Part shown: piece by piece, positions 9,821 through 19,577 of the stretch
Numbering within the stretch: position 1 is the first letter of the stretch
Layout of the letters: every line of letters starts with the position of its first letter
NCBI GenBank assembly: GCA_038150265.1
Contig: JAYOTF010000005.1
Coordinates: 59,595-123,594 of the forward strand
Direction: 5' to 3'
Source: Deltaproteobacteria bacterium
Lineage (GTDB): Bacteria; SAR324; NAC60-12
Length of the DNA: 64,000 nucleotides
Made by a program: the position numbers and the translations under genes
The notes under the pieces: generated by a model
Databases searched by the model: none
Told to the model about the DNA's origin: nothing
Seen by the model: the letters and a program-made list of their open reading frames with translations, nothing else

Positions 9821-10032
9821 TGTGTGATCTCAGATTTGAGTGTCCCGACATCCCTCGGGAAGGAAGAGCCAAACCAATTGGCCCTTGTTACTAAATCAAT
9901 TTAGCGCTGGTTTTATACAAACTCAAACCTGTTTTTGTAACAATAGTTGCTTTTATTTGGAATGAAACGAATGGGAGGCGCCTTCTCCGGAGGCAGCTCT
10001 TCAAGGCGCCAAACGGTGGAAAGTGGCTCCCT

Positions 10033-10806
10033 TCAGGGCTCAATGCGTTGGCCGTCCCAGGCGAAGCAGGCGCCGCTGTCTTCAGGAGTCAGCCCAGCCA
10101 GAACCTGATACTGCTGCGCAACAGAAAATTCCGGGGTGAACAGCCCTCCTTCGGGAACCAGCGTCTGAAACGGCTGGGAAAGCGCGCTGTCCACGGTTCC
10201 GGGGTGAAGGCCGACGACGATCGCTTTCCTGGAGCGCCGTCGGATTTCAATGGAAGCCGTTCGGATGAGCATGTTGAGCGCGGCTTTGGACGCCCGGTAG
10301 GCATACCAGCCTCCAAGCCGGTTATCGGAGATGCTGCCGATGCGAGCAGACAGGGCGGCGACGAGGCTCCTTTCGTTTCGAGGCATCAGCGGAACAAAGT
10401 GCTTGAGCACCAGCAGGGGACCGATGGTGTTGACGCGAAAGACCTCCTCCAGCGCCGCTGGATTCACCTCCTTCAGGCTCCGTTCCGGATGCAATTCTGA
10501 CCCCTGGTGCAAGATGCCGGTGGCAATGATCAGGCAGTGAAGGGGGCCTTCGATCTGGGCAGCTGCGGCGGCGAGGCTGGCTTCGTCGGTCACCTTGAGG
10601 GAAACGGAGCGCACCTTGGGGTGCGTGAAGGCGGCGCCCGCTCGAGAACCGGCCCAGACCGCGGTGACCTGTTCATCCTGGGCCAGCCGTTCCACCCACG
10701 CCTGCCCAATGGCTCCGGAGGCTCCAATGACGGCGGCGTGGATTCCGCCAGTGGGCGCGTCTTCCTGCGGGAACAGGTCAGCAGGGGGATGTTCCGAAAC
10801 ACTCAT
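10033..10806 (-). CDS. Short-chain dehydrogenase/reductase (CsgA/C-factor-like)
   Basis: GASGAIG, SARIGSISDNRLGGWYAYRASKAALN (YxxxK), HPGTVDS. Confidence 0.9.
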   Translation of the reverse strand: MSVSEHPPADLFPQEDAPTGGIHAAVIGASGAIGQAWVERLAQDEQVTAVWAGSRAGAAFTHPKVRSVSLKVTDEASLAAAAAQIEGPLHCLIIATGILHQGSELHPERSLKEVNPAALEEVFRVNTIGPLLVLKHFVPLMPRNERSLVAALSARIGSISDNRLGGWYAYRASKAALNMLIRTASIEIRRRSRKAIVVGLHPGTVDSALSQPFQTLVPEGGLFTPEFSVAQQYQVLAGLTPEDSGACFAWDGQRIEP

Positions 10807-11002
10807 GGTTGTCTCCGTTGGAAGATGAGGAAAAAAGAGCGACATGCTCAGCGGACCGAGTGGGAGCGTCTGCTGAAGCAACTCCAGGTCGTGCTTTCGT
10901 GGCCAGGAAGGCGCTGCGGAAAGCCCGAAGGAAGCACACCGCGACACGTGATTGGGGGAAAGAATCGGGGGGCTTTTTCATGTTTCTTGAAGATATGTCT
11001 TG

Positions 11003-11027
11003 AAACGCGATTTATTAAATCACATTT
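11003..11027. promoter_or_regulatory. Imperfect palindromic operator candidate upstream of phnD-like gene
   Basis: AAACGCGATTTA-T-TAAATCACATTT; core GATTTA-T-TAAATC is perfect. Confidence 0.45.
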
Positions 11028-11085
11028 TATAGCCCTTCTTGCTTCCTGAAGAAGGAGGCTCAATTTTTCAGACTTGAGGAGAAAC

Positions 11086-12078
11086 ATGATCAAGCTCAAC
11101 AAATGGCTTCGCGCTTTCCTGTTCGCCTCGGCTTCTTTGATTTGGGCCGGCACCGGAATGGCACAAGACTGCCCTCGGGGCGATCTTGACAGTCGTTTTT
11201 GTGACCGGAACGGCGACTTGGTGGCTGATGCTCCGGCAGATTCAGGAGACTGGGTCAATCCGAACACCCTGATCTTTGCGTACACTCCGGTGGAGGACCC
11301 TGCGGTCTACAAAACGGCTTGGTCGGACTTTCTCACCCACATGGAGGAGGTGACGGGCAAGAAGGTCATCTTCTTCCCGGTTCAATCGAATGCCGCTCAG
11401 ATCGAGGCGATGCGTTCCGGACGGTTGCACATTGCGGGCTTCAACACGGGCTCCAACCCCTTGGCGGTCAACTGCGCGGGCTTTGTCCCGTTCACGATCA
11501 TGGCCAGCCTGGACGGGCACTTTGGTTACGAGATGGAGATCATCACGTATCCCGGAAGCGGAATCAAGGAGGTGGCCGACCTCAAGGGCCGTCAATTGGC
11601 GTTCACCTCACCGACTTCGAACTCGGGCTTCAAGGCCCCGTCTGCGATCCTCAAGGCCGAGTTTGACCTGCTTCCGGACCGCGACTTTGACACGGCCTTC
11701 TCGGGAAAGCATGATAACTCAATCCTCGGGGTTGCCAACAAGGACTATGACGCCGCGTCGATTGCCAACTCCGTCAAGTCTCGCATGATCCTCCGGGAGG
11801 TCATTCAGGAAGATGACGTCATCACGATCTACAAGTCCCAGACGTTCCCGACGACCGGGTTTGGTCACGTTTACAACCTGGATCCGACGCTGGCCGCCAA
11901 GGTGCGCGATGCCTTCTTCAGCTTTGAGTGGGACCGTCCGGATGGCACCCCAACCACACTGAAGGAAGAGTTTTCCAAGTCCAACGAGGGGCAATTCATT
12001 CCGATTACCTACCAGGAGCACTGGGCGGTCATCCGGACCATTGACAAAGCCAATGGGGTCTCCTACGCCTGCAAGTAA
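11086..12078 (+). CDS. phnD: Phosphate/phosphite/phosphonate ABC substrate-binding protein (PhnD family)
   Basis: Signal peptide, QIEAMRSG, TSPTSNSG, SGKHD motifs; followed by phnC/phnE-like genes. Confidence 0.85.
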   Translation: MIKLNKWLRAFLFASASLIWAGTGMAQDCPRGDLDSRFCDRNGDLVADAPADSGDWVNPNTLIFAYTPVEDPAVYKTAWSDFLTHMEEVTGKKVIFFPVQSNAAQIEAMRSGRLHIAGFNTGSNPLAVNCAGFVPFTIMASLDGHFGYEMEIITYPGSGIKEVADLKGRQLAFTSPTSNSGFKAPSAILKAEFDLLPDRDFDTAFSGKHDNSILGVANKDYDAASIANSVKSRMILREVIQEDDVITIYKSQTFPTTGFGHVYNLDPTLAAKVRDAFFSFEWDRPDGTPTTLKEEFSKSNEGQFIPITYQEHWAVIRTIDKANGVSYACK

Positions 12079-12090
12079 CCTCTAAAACGA

Positions 12091-12108
12091 GTCCGCCTTC
12101 GGGCGGAC
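12091..12108 (+). terminator. Intercistronic UUCG hairpin after phnD-like gene
   Basis: GTCCGCC-TTCG-GGCGGAC; no U tract, so probably an mRNA stabiliser. Confidence 0.5.
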
Positions 12109-12123
12109 GGCCTCCAATGCTTC

Positions 12124-12933
12124 ATGCTTGAACTGAAACAACTGGTCAAACGGTACCGAACCGGAGACCAGGCCCTCAAAGGGGTCGACCTGGTGGTGCC
12201 GGCGGGCCAGGTTCTGGCCCTCATTGGCCCCTCGGGTGCCGGAAAGTCCACCCTGATCCGCTGCATCAATCGACTGGTGGAACCCACTTCTGGCGCCGTG
12301 CTGCTCCATGGAGAGAACCTCACCCGGTTGCGTGGCAACAGCCTCCGGAAGGCCCGGCGACGCATCGGGATGATCTTCCAGGAGTATGCGCTGGTGGAGC
12401 GCCTCAGTGTGATGGAAAACGTGCTCTCCGGGCGACTGGGGTACGTTGGGTTCTGGAACAGCTACTTCCGTCGCTTTCCTCAAACGGATGTGGACACCGC
12501 GTTTTCGCTGCTGGAACGCGTGGGGCTGGACCACATGGCAGACAAACGGGCCGACGAACTCTCCGGCGGGCAACGGCAACGGGTGGGCATCGCCCGAGCG
12601 CTGATCCAGAATCCGGAGCTGCTCCTGGTGGATGAGCCGACGGCGAGCCTGGACCCCAAGACGTCTCGGCAGATCATGCGCCTGATCACGGAGCTGTGTA
12701 CCGAGCGGAAGCTGGCGGCGATCATCAACATCCATGACGTGGCGCTGGCACAGATGTTTTCGGAACGCATCGTCGGGCTTCAGGCCGGAGCCGTGGTGTA
12801 CGATGGCTCGCCCGATGGACTGGTTCCGGAGGTGCTGACCCAGATCTATGGAGAAGAGGACTGGACCGCCGTCCGGAAGAAGAAGGCCGCAGCGGCTGCC
12901 GCGGATCCCAATGAGCTGGAGGATCAACTGTGA
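12124..12933 (+). CDS. phnC: Phosphonate-type ABC ATP-binding protein
   Basis: [42 protein letters not shown]. Confidence 0.9.
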   Translation: MLELKQLVKRYRTGDQALKGVDLVVPAGQVLALIGPSGAGKSTLIRCINRLVEPTSGAVLLHGENLTRLRGNSLRKARRRIGMIFQEYALVERLSVMENVLSGRLGYVGFWNSYFRRFPQTDVDTAFSLLERVGLDHMADKRADELSGGQRQRVGIARALIQNPELLLVDEPTASLDPKTSRQIMRLITELCTERKLAAIINIHDVALAQMFSERIVGLQAGAVVYDGSPDGLVPEVLTQIYGEEDWTAVRKKKAAAAAADPNELEDQL

Positions 12934-13724
12934 CCGCCTCACGTACGTGGAAGCGCAAGCCCCTGATTGAGAATCCGACGCTGCGGTGGAGCCTGCTGCT
13001 GGGCACAGCGCTTTACCTGGTCCTGGCCGTGGGCTCGGTGGAGGTCAACTGGACCCGTGTTTACGAAGGCCTGGACCGTGGGGCGAAGTTTCTGACCGCA
13101 TTTGCCCAGCCCAACTTCTCGGGACGCTGGCAGGACATTTCGGAGGGGCTGCTGGAGAGTCTGGTCATGACGGTGGTCTCCACCGGAATTGGCATTGTGA
13201 TCTCGCTGCCCATTGCCTTGGGAGCATCCCGGAACCTGGCGCCGTTGCCCATTTACCTGCTGTGCCGGTCGATCATCACGCTGTCCCGGACCTTTCAGGA
13301 GGTGATCATTGCGATCCTCTTTGTGGCCATCTTCGGGTTTGGGCCCTTTGCGGGGGTGCTGACGATTTCGTTTGCGACCATTGGCTTCCTGGCCAAGTTG
13401 CTGGCGGAGGCAATTGAGAACATTGAGGCGAGTCAGGCCGAGGCCATCCGTTCAACGGGGGCCCGCTGGTGGCAGTGGCTGAATTATGGCATCCAGCCAC
13501 AGGTGATGCCGCGCTTCATTGGCCTGTCTCTCTACCGTCTGGACATCAACTTCCGCGAGTCGGCCGTGGTCGGGCTCGTGGGGGCCGGAGGCATTGGAGC
13601 CACGCTCAACACCGCCTTTGACCGCTACGAGTTTGACACCGCAGCGGCGATTCTGATTCTGATCATTGGCATTGTGATGTTCGCCGAGTACTCGTCCAGT
13701 GCCATTCGCAAGCGGGTGCAGTGA
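12930..13724 (+). CDS. phnE: Phosphonate-type ABC permease
   Basis: [22 protein letters not shown] motif. Confidence 0.9.
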   Translation: MTASRTWKRKPLIENPTLRWSLLLGTALYLVLAVGSVEVNWTRVYEGLDRGAKFLTAFAQPNFSGRWQDISEGLLESLVMTVVSTGIGIVISLPIALGASRNLAPLPIYLLCRSIITLSRTFQEVIIAILFVAIFGFGPFAGVLTISFATIGFLAKLLAEAIENIEASQAEAIRSTGARWWQWLNYGIQPQVMPRFIGLSLYRLDINFRESAVVGLVGAGGIGATLNTAFDRYEFDTAAAILILIIGIVMFAEYSSSAIRKRVQ

Positions 13725-14539
13725 TGCCAGTTGAACTCAAGGGAACTACCCAGGTCTGGAAGTACCGGAACCGCAAGGAGCAGCTCACCAGCTGGGCGCT
13801 CTGGTTCTTCGGCACGCTGCTGTTTCTCTGGTGCTGGCAGCTCGTCTCTGAAAAAACGGAGTGGTTCTTTGTCCTGGATGCTCCGAACATTGCGGCAGAC
13901 ATTGGGTCGCGGATGCTGCCTCCGCGCTGGAGCTACCTGGATCAGCTCTGGGAGCCGCTTTGGGACACCCTGAACATCGCCACGCTGGGAACGCTGCTGT
14001 CGCTCGTCCTGGCGGTTCCGGTGGCGTTTCTGGCCGCTCGGAACACGTCTCCGAGTCCCACGCTGCTGCGTCCGGTGGCCTTGCTGATCATTGTCTCCTC
14101 GCGTTCCATCAACTCCCTGATCTGGTCGCTGCTGCTGGTCTCCATTCTGGGGCCGGGTGTGCTGGCAGGGATCATTGCGATTGCCCTGCGCTCCATTGGC
14201 TTTGTCGCCAAGCTGCTGTACGAGGCGATTGAGGAGATTGATGAGTCGCAGGTGGAAGCGATCACCTCAACCGGAGCCGGCCGTTCGCAGGTCATTGCCT
14301 TCGGAATTGTGCCCCAGATCCTTCCGACCTTCGTGGGCGTGTCGGTGTTCCGCTGGGACATCAACATTCGTGAGTCCACGGTGCTGGGGCTGGTTGGAGC
14401 CGGAGGCATCGGCTTGCAGCTTCAGGCGTCCCTGAACGTGCTGGCGTGGCCTCAGGTGACCCTGATCCTCTTGAGCATTCTCCTGACTGTGGTGCTCAGC
14501 GAATGGCTTTCGGCAAAAGCCCGCCACGCGATCATCTGA
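13724..14539 (+). CDS. phnE: Phosphonate-type ABC permease (second copy)
   Basis: [22 protein letters not shown] motif. Confidence 0.9.
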   Translation: MPVELKGTTQVWKYRNRKEQLTSWALWFFGTLLFLWCWQLVSEKTEWFFVLDAPNIAADIGSRMLPPRWSYLDQLWEPLWDTLNIATLGTLLSLVLAVPVAFLAARNTSPSPTLLRPVALLIIVSSRSINSLIWSLLLVSILGPGVLAGIIAIALRSIGFVAKLLYEAIEEIDESQVEAITSTGAGRSQVIAFGIVPQILPTFVGVSVFRWDINIRESTVLGLVGAGGIGLQLQASLNVLAWPQVTLILLSILLTVVLSEWLSAKARHAII

Positions 14540-14542
14540 CCC

Positions 14543-15196
14543 ATGCAGGCCTTCTCCCTCTTCCGGAAGCAGCGACACGTTGAGGACCTGCTGCAGCACC
14601 TGCTCCGCAGCCTCGAAGACCTCGCCCTGAACTTTCGGGAGGCGATGGCGGACTACCTCAACGTCCAGCTGGACTCGTGTCAGCAGCGCGCCCAAGAGGT
14701 GGATCGGCTGGAGTCGGAGCTGGATGAACTGCACCGCAAGATTCAGCTGCTGCTGCTCCGGGAGGCGCTGATGCCCGACTCCCGGGACGACGTGTTGCGG
14801 CTGCTGACGAAGCTGGATCGCATTCCCGGGCAGTGTCGGCATTCCCTGAAGGAGGTCCTGCTGGAACGCCCCCCCCTGCCTCCGGACTTTCAAGTGCCGT
14901 TGCTCCGGCTACTTGACAAGACGCACGCCAGCATCCGGGCCCTCAGCGCAACCATTGATGCCCTTTTTTCGGACTTGCGGTCGGTCCGCCGGAATGCCGA
15001 GGAGGTGGCCCGTCAGGAAAGTGAAGTGGACCGGGTGGAGCAGGAGCTGCTGCAGCGCGTCTTTCAGGATGAGACCCTGGAGCTGGCCCGGCAGTTTCAG
15101 TACAAGTCCTTCTTGCAGCGGCTGGGGGGCATTTCGGATCTGGCGGAAGACGTTGCCGATGAGGCGCTGCTGGTTGCCACCAAGCGACTCGCCTGA
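14543..15196 (+). CDS. DUF47 / PhoU-like phosphate transport accessory protein
   Basis: Helical protein with repeated (L/Q)ESExD motifs, MPDSRDD, ISDLAEDVAD; next to PiT. Confidence 0.8.
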   Translation: MQAFSLFRKQRHVEDLLQHLLRSLEDLALNFREAMADYLNVQLDSCQQRAQEVDRLESELDELHRKIQLLLLREALMPDSRDDVLRLLTKLDRIPGQCRHSLKEVLLERPPLPPDFQVPLLRLLDKTHASIRALSATIDALFSDLRSVRRNAEEVARQESEVDRVEQELLQRVFQDETLELARQFQYKSFLQRLGGISDLAEDVADEALLVATKRLA

Positions 15197-15198
15197 GG

Positions 15199-16251
15199 CT
15201 AGGGCGCGACGACCGGAATCGCAAAGACGTTTTGCAGGAAGTGCAGCCCCAGAAAGCACAGGAGCCCGGCCGCCACAGGAGTCAGGAACCAGCCCATCAC
15301 CACACGCCCCACCGTTCCCCAGTTCACCTCTCGTCCTCCTCGCAGCAGCCCCACCCCCAAAATGGCTCCCAGAATGGCCTGAGAGCTGGAAACGGGGACC
15401 AGCGGAAGCGAAGGCAGCCCGTGTGCGACCAGCCACTGCTTGAGGCTGGTGGAAGCAAACAGCAGCAGGACCAGCGAGTGGGCACTCACGCAGACCCACG
15501 CGGCCAGAGGCGAGAGGGGCGCCACGCCGCTGCCAATGAGTTTCATCGTCTGCTTGGAGTAGGTGAGGACCCCGGAAGCAATCGCGCCTCCTCCGACGAG
15601 GAGCAAGAGGTCCAGGGCGGTCATGGTCGTGTTCCCCCAGGTGACTTCGGAAAAGGGCTGGGTGGGCAGAAAGACACCGACGACGTTGGCGATGTTGTTG
15701 GCCCCCAGGCTGTAGGCGCCAACGGCTCCGGAGAGGAGCAGCGCGACGCGGGTGTAGGCGTCGAGCCGGATGAGTCCAATGGGGTAGTGCCGGACCCAGA
15801 GCCGGGCAAGGAGCATCATTCCGGCGGCAAAGCCGGCAGCAAGGAGCGGGCTGATGCCCCATGTGGCCACAATCTTGAGGAGGACTCCGGAATCGGTCTC
15901 GATCCCGGCAAAGACATTCCACCCCACAATGGCGCCAATCAGCGCCTGCGTGGTGGAAACCTGAATGCCGGTCCGGATCATGGAAAACACCGTCAGGGCC
16001 GACGCAAGCGCAACCATGAAGGCGCCTCCAAGCGCATCGACGCTTCCCAGGGCGCCGAGGTTCCGGACCACGCCTTCTCCACTGAAGACCGCGCCCAGGA
16101 CGACAAACACGCTACAGATCACAGCGGCCGTGCCAAAGCGGATCATGCGACTGCCAACGGCCGTGCCAAAGACGTTGGCTGCGTCGTTTGCCCCCAGGGA
16201 CCACCCGAGGAAGAGCCCGCTGCTCAGCAGAATGAGGGATTCCAGCGCCAT
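15199..16251 (-). CDS. pit: Inorganic phosphate transporter, PiT family
   Basis: GANDAAN and GANNIAN signature motifs; PVSSSQ. Confidence 0.92.
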   Translation of the reverse strand: MALESLILLSSGLFLGWSLGANDAANVFGTAVGSRMIRFGTAAVICSVFVVLGAVFSGEGVVRNLGALGSVDALGGAFMVALASALTVFSMIRTGIQVSTTQALIGAIVGWNVFAGIETDSGVLLKIVATWGISPLLAAGFAAGMMLLARLWVRHYPIGLIRLDAYTRVALLLSGAVGAYSLGANNIANVVGVFLPTQPFSEVTWGNTTMTALDLLLLVGGGAIASGVLTYSKQTMKLIGSGVAPLSPLAAWVCVSAHSLVLLLFASTSLKQWLVAHGLPSLPLVPVSSSQAILGAILGVGLLRGGREVNWGTVGRVVMGWFLTPVAAGLLCFLGLHFLQNVFAIPVVAP

Positions 16252-16257
16252 GGGGCC

Positions 16258-17316
16258 TCAGTCGCGGACCAGGCTGACCCCGCGACGCTTGAGCTGAAGG
16301 TGCACCTCCGTTCCGGCTTCATGCACCGCCTCCATGAGTGGATCCATCACAAAAAGCTCGCCCAACGGGGTCTCAACGGTGTAGTCCATGTGCCCACCCA
16401 GGTAGGTGGCCTTGCGCACGGTTCCGGGAATGCCCGGCTCGGTGGGAGGCTGCAGCCGGATTGCTTCTGGGCGGATGGCCACCGTCACGGAGCCCGACAA
16501 GAGGCCCTGATGCGGAAGCACCAGGGAGAGGTCGGCGAGCTGAACGGTTCCGGTGTCTCCCACGGCCACTTCGAGCTGCCCGGTCACCAGGTTGGAGTCT
16601 CCAATGAAGTCGGCCACAAAGCGGCTTTGCGGGGTCTCGTAAAGCTGATGCGGTGTGCCTTCCTGCGCAATGACGGCTTCCTTCATGACAATGATCCGGT
16701 CTGAGACGGCGAGGGCCTCTTCCTGGTCGTGAGTGACGTACACAACCGTGAGGTTGAGTTCCTGCTGCAGGTCCCGGATCTCTTCACGGACGTGGCGCCG
16801 GAGCTTGGCATCGAGGTTGGAGAGGGGCTCATCAAAGAGCAAAACCTCGGGCTCCAGTACCAGCGCCCGGGCCACAGCGACGCGTTGCTGCTGCCCTCCG
16901 GAGAGTTCGCTGGGAAGTCGCTGCTCGTATCCGGAAAGTCCAACCAGCTTGAGCCCCGCCTGCGCGCGCTCCTCCACCTCTGGTTTCGGCAGCTTGGACA
17001 TGGTGAGGCCGTACCCCACATTCTGCATCACCGACATGTGGGGGAAGAGGGCGTAGGACTGGAACACCATGCTGACGTCCCGGTCGGTCGCAGGAAGCCG
17101 AGTCACGTCTCGTCCGCCAATGAGGATCTTTCCGGAGGTGGCCATTTCGAGCCCGGCGATCATCCGGAGCGTGGTCGTTTTGCCACATCCGGATGGCCCA
17201 AGCAGGGTCACGAGTTCGCCACTCTGGATCTGAAAGCTCACGTCTCGGACCGCCTTCACGGTTCCGAAGGCCTTGGTCACGTTTTGAAACTCAACGGCAG
17301 TGCCCGATGAGGTCAT
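16258..17316 (-). CDS. ABC ATP-binding protein (AfuC/FbpC-like)
   Basis: GPSGCGKTT, FQSYALFPH, LSGGQQQR, TOBE-like C-terminus. Confidence 0.9.
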   Translation of the reverse strand: MTSSGTAVEFQNVTKAFGTVKAVRDVSFQIQSGELVTLLGPSGCGKTTTLRMIAGLEMATSGKILIGGRDVTRLPATDRDVSMVFQSYALFPHMSVMQNVGYGLTMSKLPKPEVEERAQAGLKLVGLSGYEQRLPSELSGGQQQRVAVARALVLEPEVLLFDEPLSNLDAKLRRHVREEIRDLQQELNLTVVYVTHDQEEALAVSDRIIVMKEAVIAQEGTPHQLYETPQSRFVADFIGDSNLVTGQLEVAVGDTGTVQLADLSLVLPHQGLLSGSVTVAIRPEAIRLQPPTEPGIPGTVRKATYLGGHMDYTVETPLGELFVMDPLMEAVHEAGTEVHLQLKRRGVSLVRD

Positions 17317-19577
17317 CCTGCTCCTCCTAAATTGACGGTTTCTGAGTGGCGTCGCCCCAATTGACGCTTGCCGACAGCGGCCTGAATCAGTCCAATCACG
17401 AGGAGCATGACCACGATCAGGACAGACGAGTAGGCGATGGCGAGTCCGTAGTCGGCATTTTCCACACGACCCAGGATGTATGAGGTGGCCATGTCGTAGT
17501 CAGCGCTGACAAGAAAGATGACGGCACTGATGGCGGTCATGGCGCGGACAAAGCTGAAGACGAGCGCGGCAATCAAGGCTGGGCGCAGCAGCGGCAGCAG
17601 AATCTTGCGCAAGGTGGTTCCGGAAGGAGCCCCCAGGGTGAGCGAGGCTTCATCCAGGCTGGGGTCCAGCTGGGCCATGGACGCCACACCGGCCCGGATG
17701 CCTGTGGGCATGTTCCGAAAGATGAAGCACACCACGAGGATGACTCCGGTTCCAGTGATTTCGACCGGAGGCACATTGAAGGCGAGGATGTAACCGATGC
17801 CGATGATGGTGCCGGGAATGGCAAAGCTGAGCATGGTCACAAACTCAAAGACGTCTTTGCCGGCAAAGCGCTGGCGGGTCAGCAGCCATGCCGTCAGCAG
17901 CCCCAGCCCAGCAGTGAGGGGCGCCGAGATTCCGGAGATCTGGAGGGTGGTCCAGAACGAGTTCCAGGCCGCCCCCTGCCACATGAGCCCGAATTCGTCA
18001 GACCACCCCAGCGCAAAGGCATCCGCGTAGTGCTTGAGGGTGAAGTTGTGCTTGTAGCCCCACGATTCGACAAAGCCTCCAAAGAGGATCATTCCATACA
18101 GCGTGACACTCAGCACAACAAACGGAGCGGCGATGGAGCCAATGCCCCAGAGCACCCGCCGTGGCAACTGGACCGGAACCCCCGCGTCTCCCTTGCCGGT
18201 GACGCTGACGTAAGACTTCTGACCCAGCCAGCGGCGCTGAATCCAGAAGGTCGTCAGGGTGAAGCCAAGGAGCACCAGCGCCAGCACGGCTGCCATGCCC
18301 TGATCGCTTTGAGCACCGGCAATGGCAAAAAAGATCTGGGTGGAAAGCACCTCGTAACTGCCTCCGAGCACCAGTGGGTTTCCAAAGTCGGCCAGGCTTT
18401 CAATGAACCCCAGCAAAAAGGCGTTGGCGATGCCGGGACGCATCAGGGGCAGGGACACGGTCCGGAAGGTCTCCCACTTGCTCGCCCGGAGCGTCTGGGC
18501 GGCTTCTTCCATTGAGGGGCTGACTCCTTCCACCACACCAATGAGCACCATGAAGGCGATGGGGGTGAAGGCCATGGTTTGGGCAAACCAGACGCCTGGG
18601 AGGCCGTACACCCAACGGCTGGGAGGAATGTCGAAGGCCCAATGCAGAAAGCTGTTGAAGGCTCCGGCTCGTCCGAAGAGGAGAATGATGGCCAGGCCAA
18701 TCACGAATGGTGGCGTGATGATGGGCAACAGGGTCACTGCCCGGATGGCCTTCTTGCCCTGAACCCCTGTCCGGGTGACCAGCAGCGCAAAGGCCAGGCC
18801 CAGCACCGTTGTGGTGGCTCCCACCAGGACCGCCAGCCAGAGCGAGTTCCAGGCGACGCCGCAGCTCAGCTCCGAGTACAGGCACCGCAGCTGCCAGATG
18901 CGTGGTGACGTGAGCTTTTCGGCAAACAGTGCCAGAGAAAGCTGGTCGTCTTCATTGAGAAGCGCACTGAAGAGGATGCGGGAGACGGGGTAGAAGATGA
19001 ACAGGGCCACCAGCACGAGGTTGAGCCCAATGGTTCCGGTGACAAAACCGTCTCCCTGAACACCGCCTCTGAGCGACCACCCCTGGGTAAACAGGAACAG
19101 GAAGCACGCGGCAACCAGCAAGGCTCCGTAGCCCATGCCCTCTTGAGCCGGTCCGGGGCTGCCCAGCCAGGCCAGCAGCCACTCGCCGTTCCAGCCCCGT
19201 AACCCGATGGCGAAGCCCTGCAGGAAGAGCCAGAAGAGCCCGGCGCCTCCACAGAAACGGAGCATCCGGGAAACCGAGGGATGCGTGCGCGGACGCCAGA
19301 CCACGCTGAAGGGCAACGCGAGCAGCACCAGCAGCGGCACCAGCCACACCCGGTCAAACCAGAGGATCTGGAGCACTCCGGGAGCGTACTCGTCATCCCA
19401 GGGCCAGCCATCGCTGACCCAGATGAAGCTCCAGAAGCCGTCATACGCGTGGTACCAGGGCAGGATCAGGATTCCGAACCAGCCCAGGCCCAGCCAGAAG
19501 AGAAGGGTGTGGCGGAAAAGAGAGGCGCCTCCGGCTCCACGAATGCGGAGGGAGGCGCTTGCACTGGAAGAGGTCAC
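17313..19577 (-). CDS. Fused double ABC permease (AfuB/FbpB-like)
   Basis: Two EAA loops (MEEAAQTL, LDEASLTLGA), LPIITPPFV, ADFGNP; extended N-terminal membrane region. Confidence 0.88.
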   Translation of the reverse strand: MTSSSASASLRIRGAGGASLFRHTLLFWLGLGWFGILILPWYHAYDGFWSFIWVSDGWPWDDEYAPGVLQILWFDRVWLVPLLVLLALPFSVVWRPRTHPSVSRMLRFCGGAGLFWLFLQGFAIGLRGWNGEWLLAWLGSPGPAQEGMGYGALLVAACFLFLFTQGWSLRGGVQGDGFVTGTIGLNLVLVALFIFYPVSRILFSALLNEDDQLSLALFAEKLTSPRIWQLRCLYSELSCGVAWNSLWLAVLVGATTTVLGLAFALLVTRTGVQGKKAIRAVTLLPIITPPFVIGLAIILLFGRAGAFNSFLHWAFDIPPSRWVYGLPGVWFAQTMAFTPIAFMVLIGVVEGVSPSMEEAAQTLRASKWETFRTVSLPLMRPGIANAFLLGFIESLADFGNPLVLGGSYEVLSTQIFFAIAGAQSDQGMAAVLALVLLGFTLTTFWIQRRWLGQKSYVSVTGKGDAGVPVQLPRRVLWGIGSIAAPFVVLSVTLYGMILFGGFVESWGYKHNFTLKHYADAFALGWSDEFGLMWQGAAWNSFWTTLQISGISAPLTAGLGLLTAWLLTRQRFAGKDVFEFVTMLSFAIPGTIIGIGYILAFNVPPVEITGTGVILVVCFIFRNMPTGIRAGVASMAQLDPSLDEASLTLGAPSGTTLRKILLPLLRPALIAALVFSFVRAMTAISAVIFLVSADYDMATSYILGRVENADYGLAIAYSSVLIVVMLLVIGLIQAAVGKRQLGRRHSETVNLGGAG

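Noticed and set aside
11086..14539. Phosphite oxidation or C-P lyase pathway
   Set aside because: No ptxD, phnG-M or phnX in the window.
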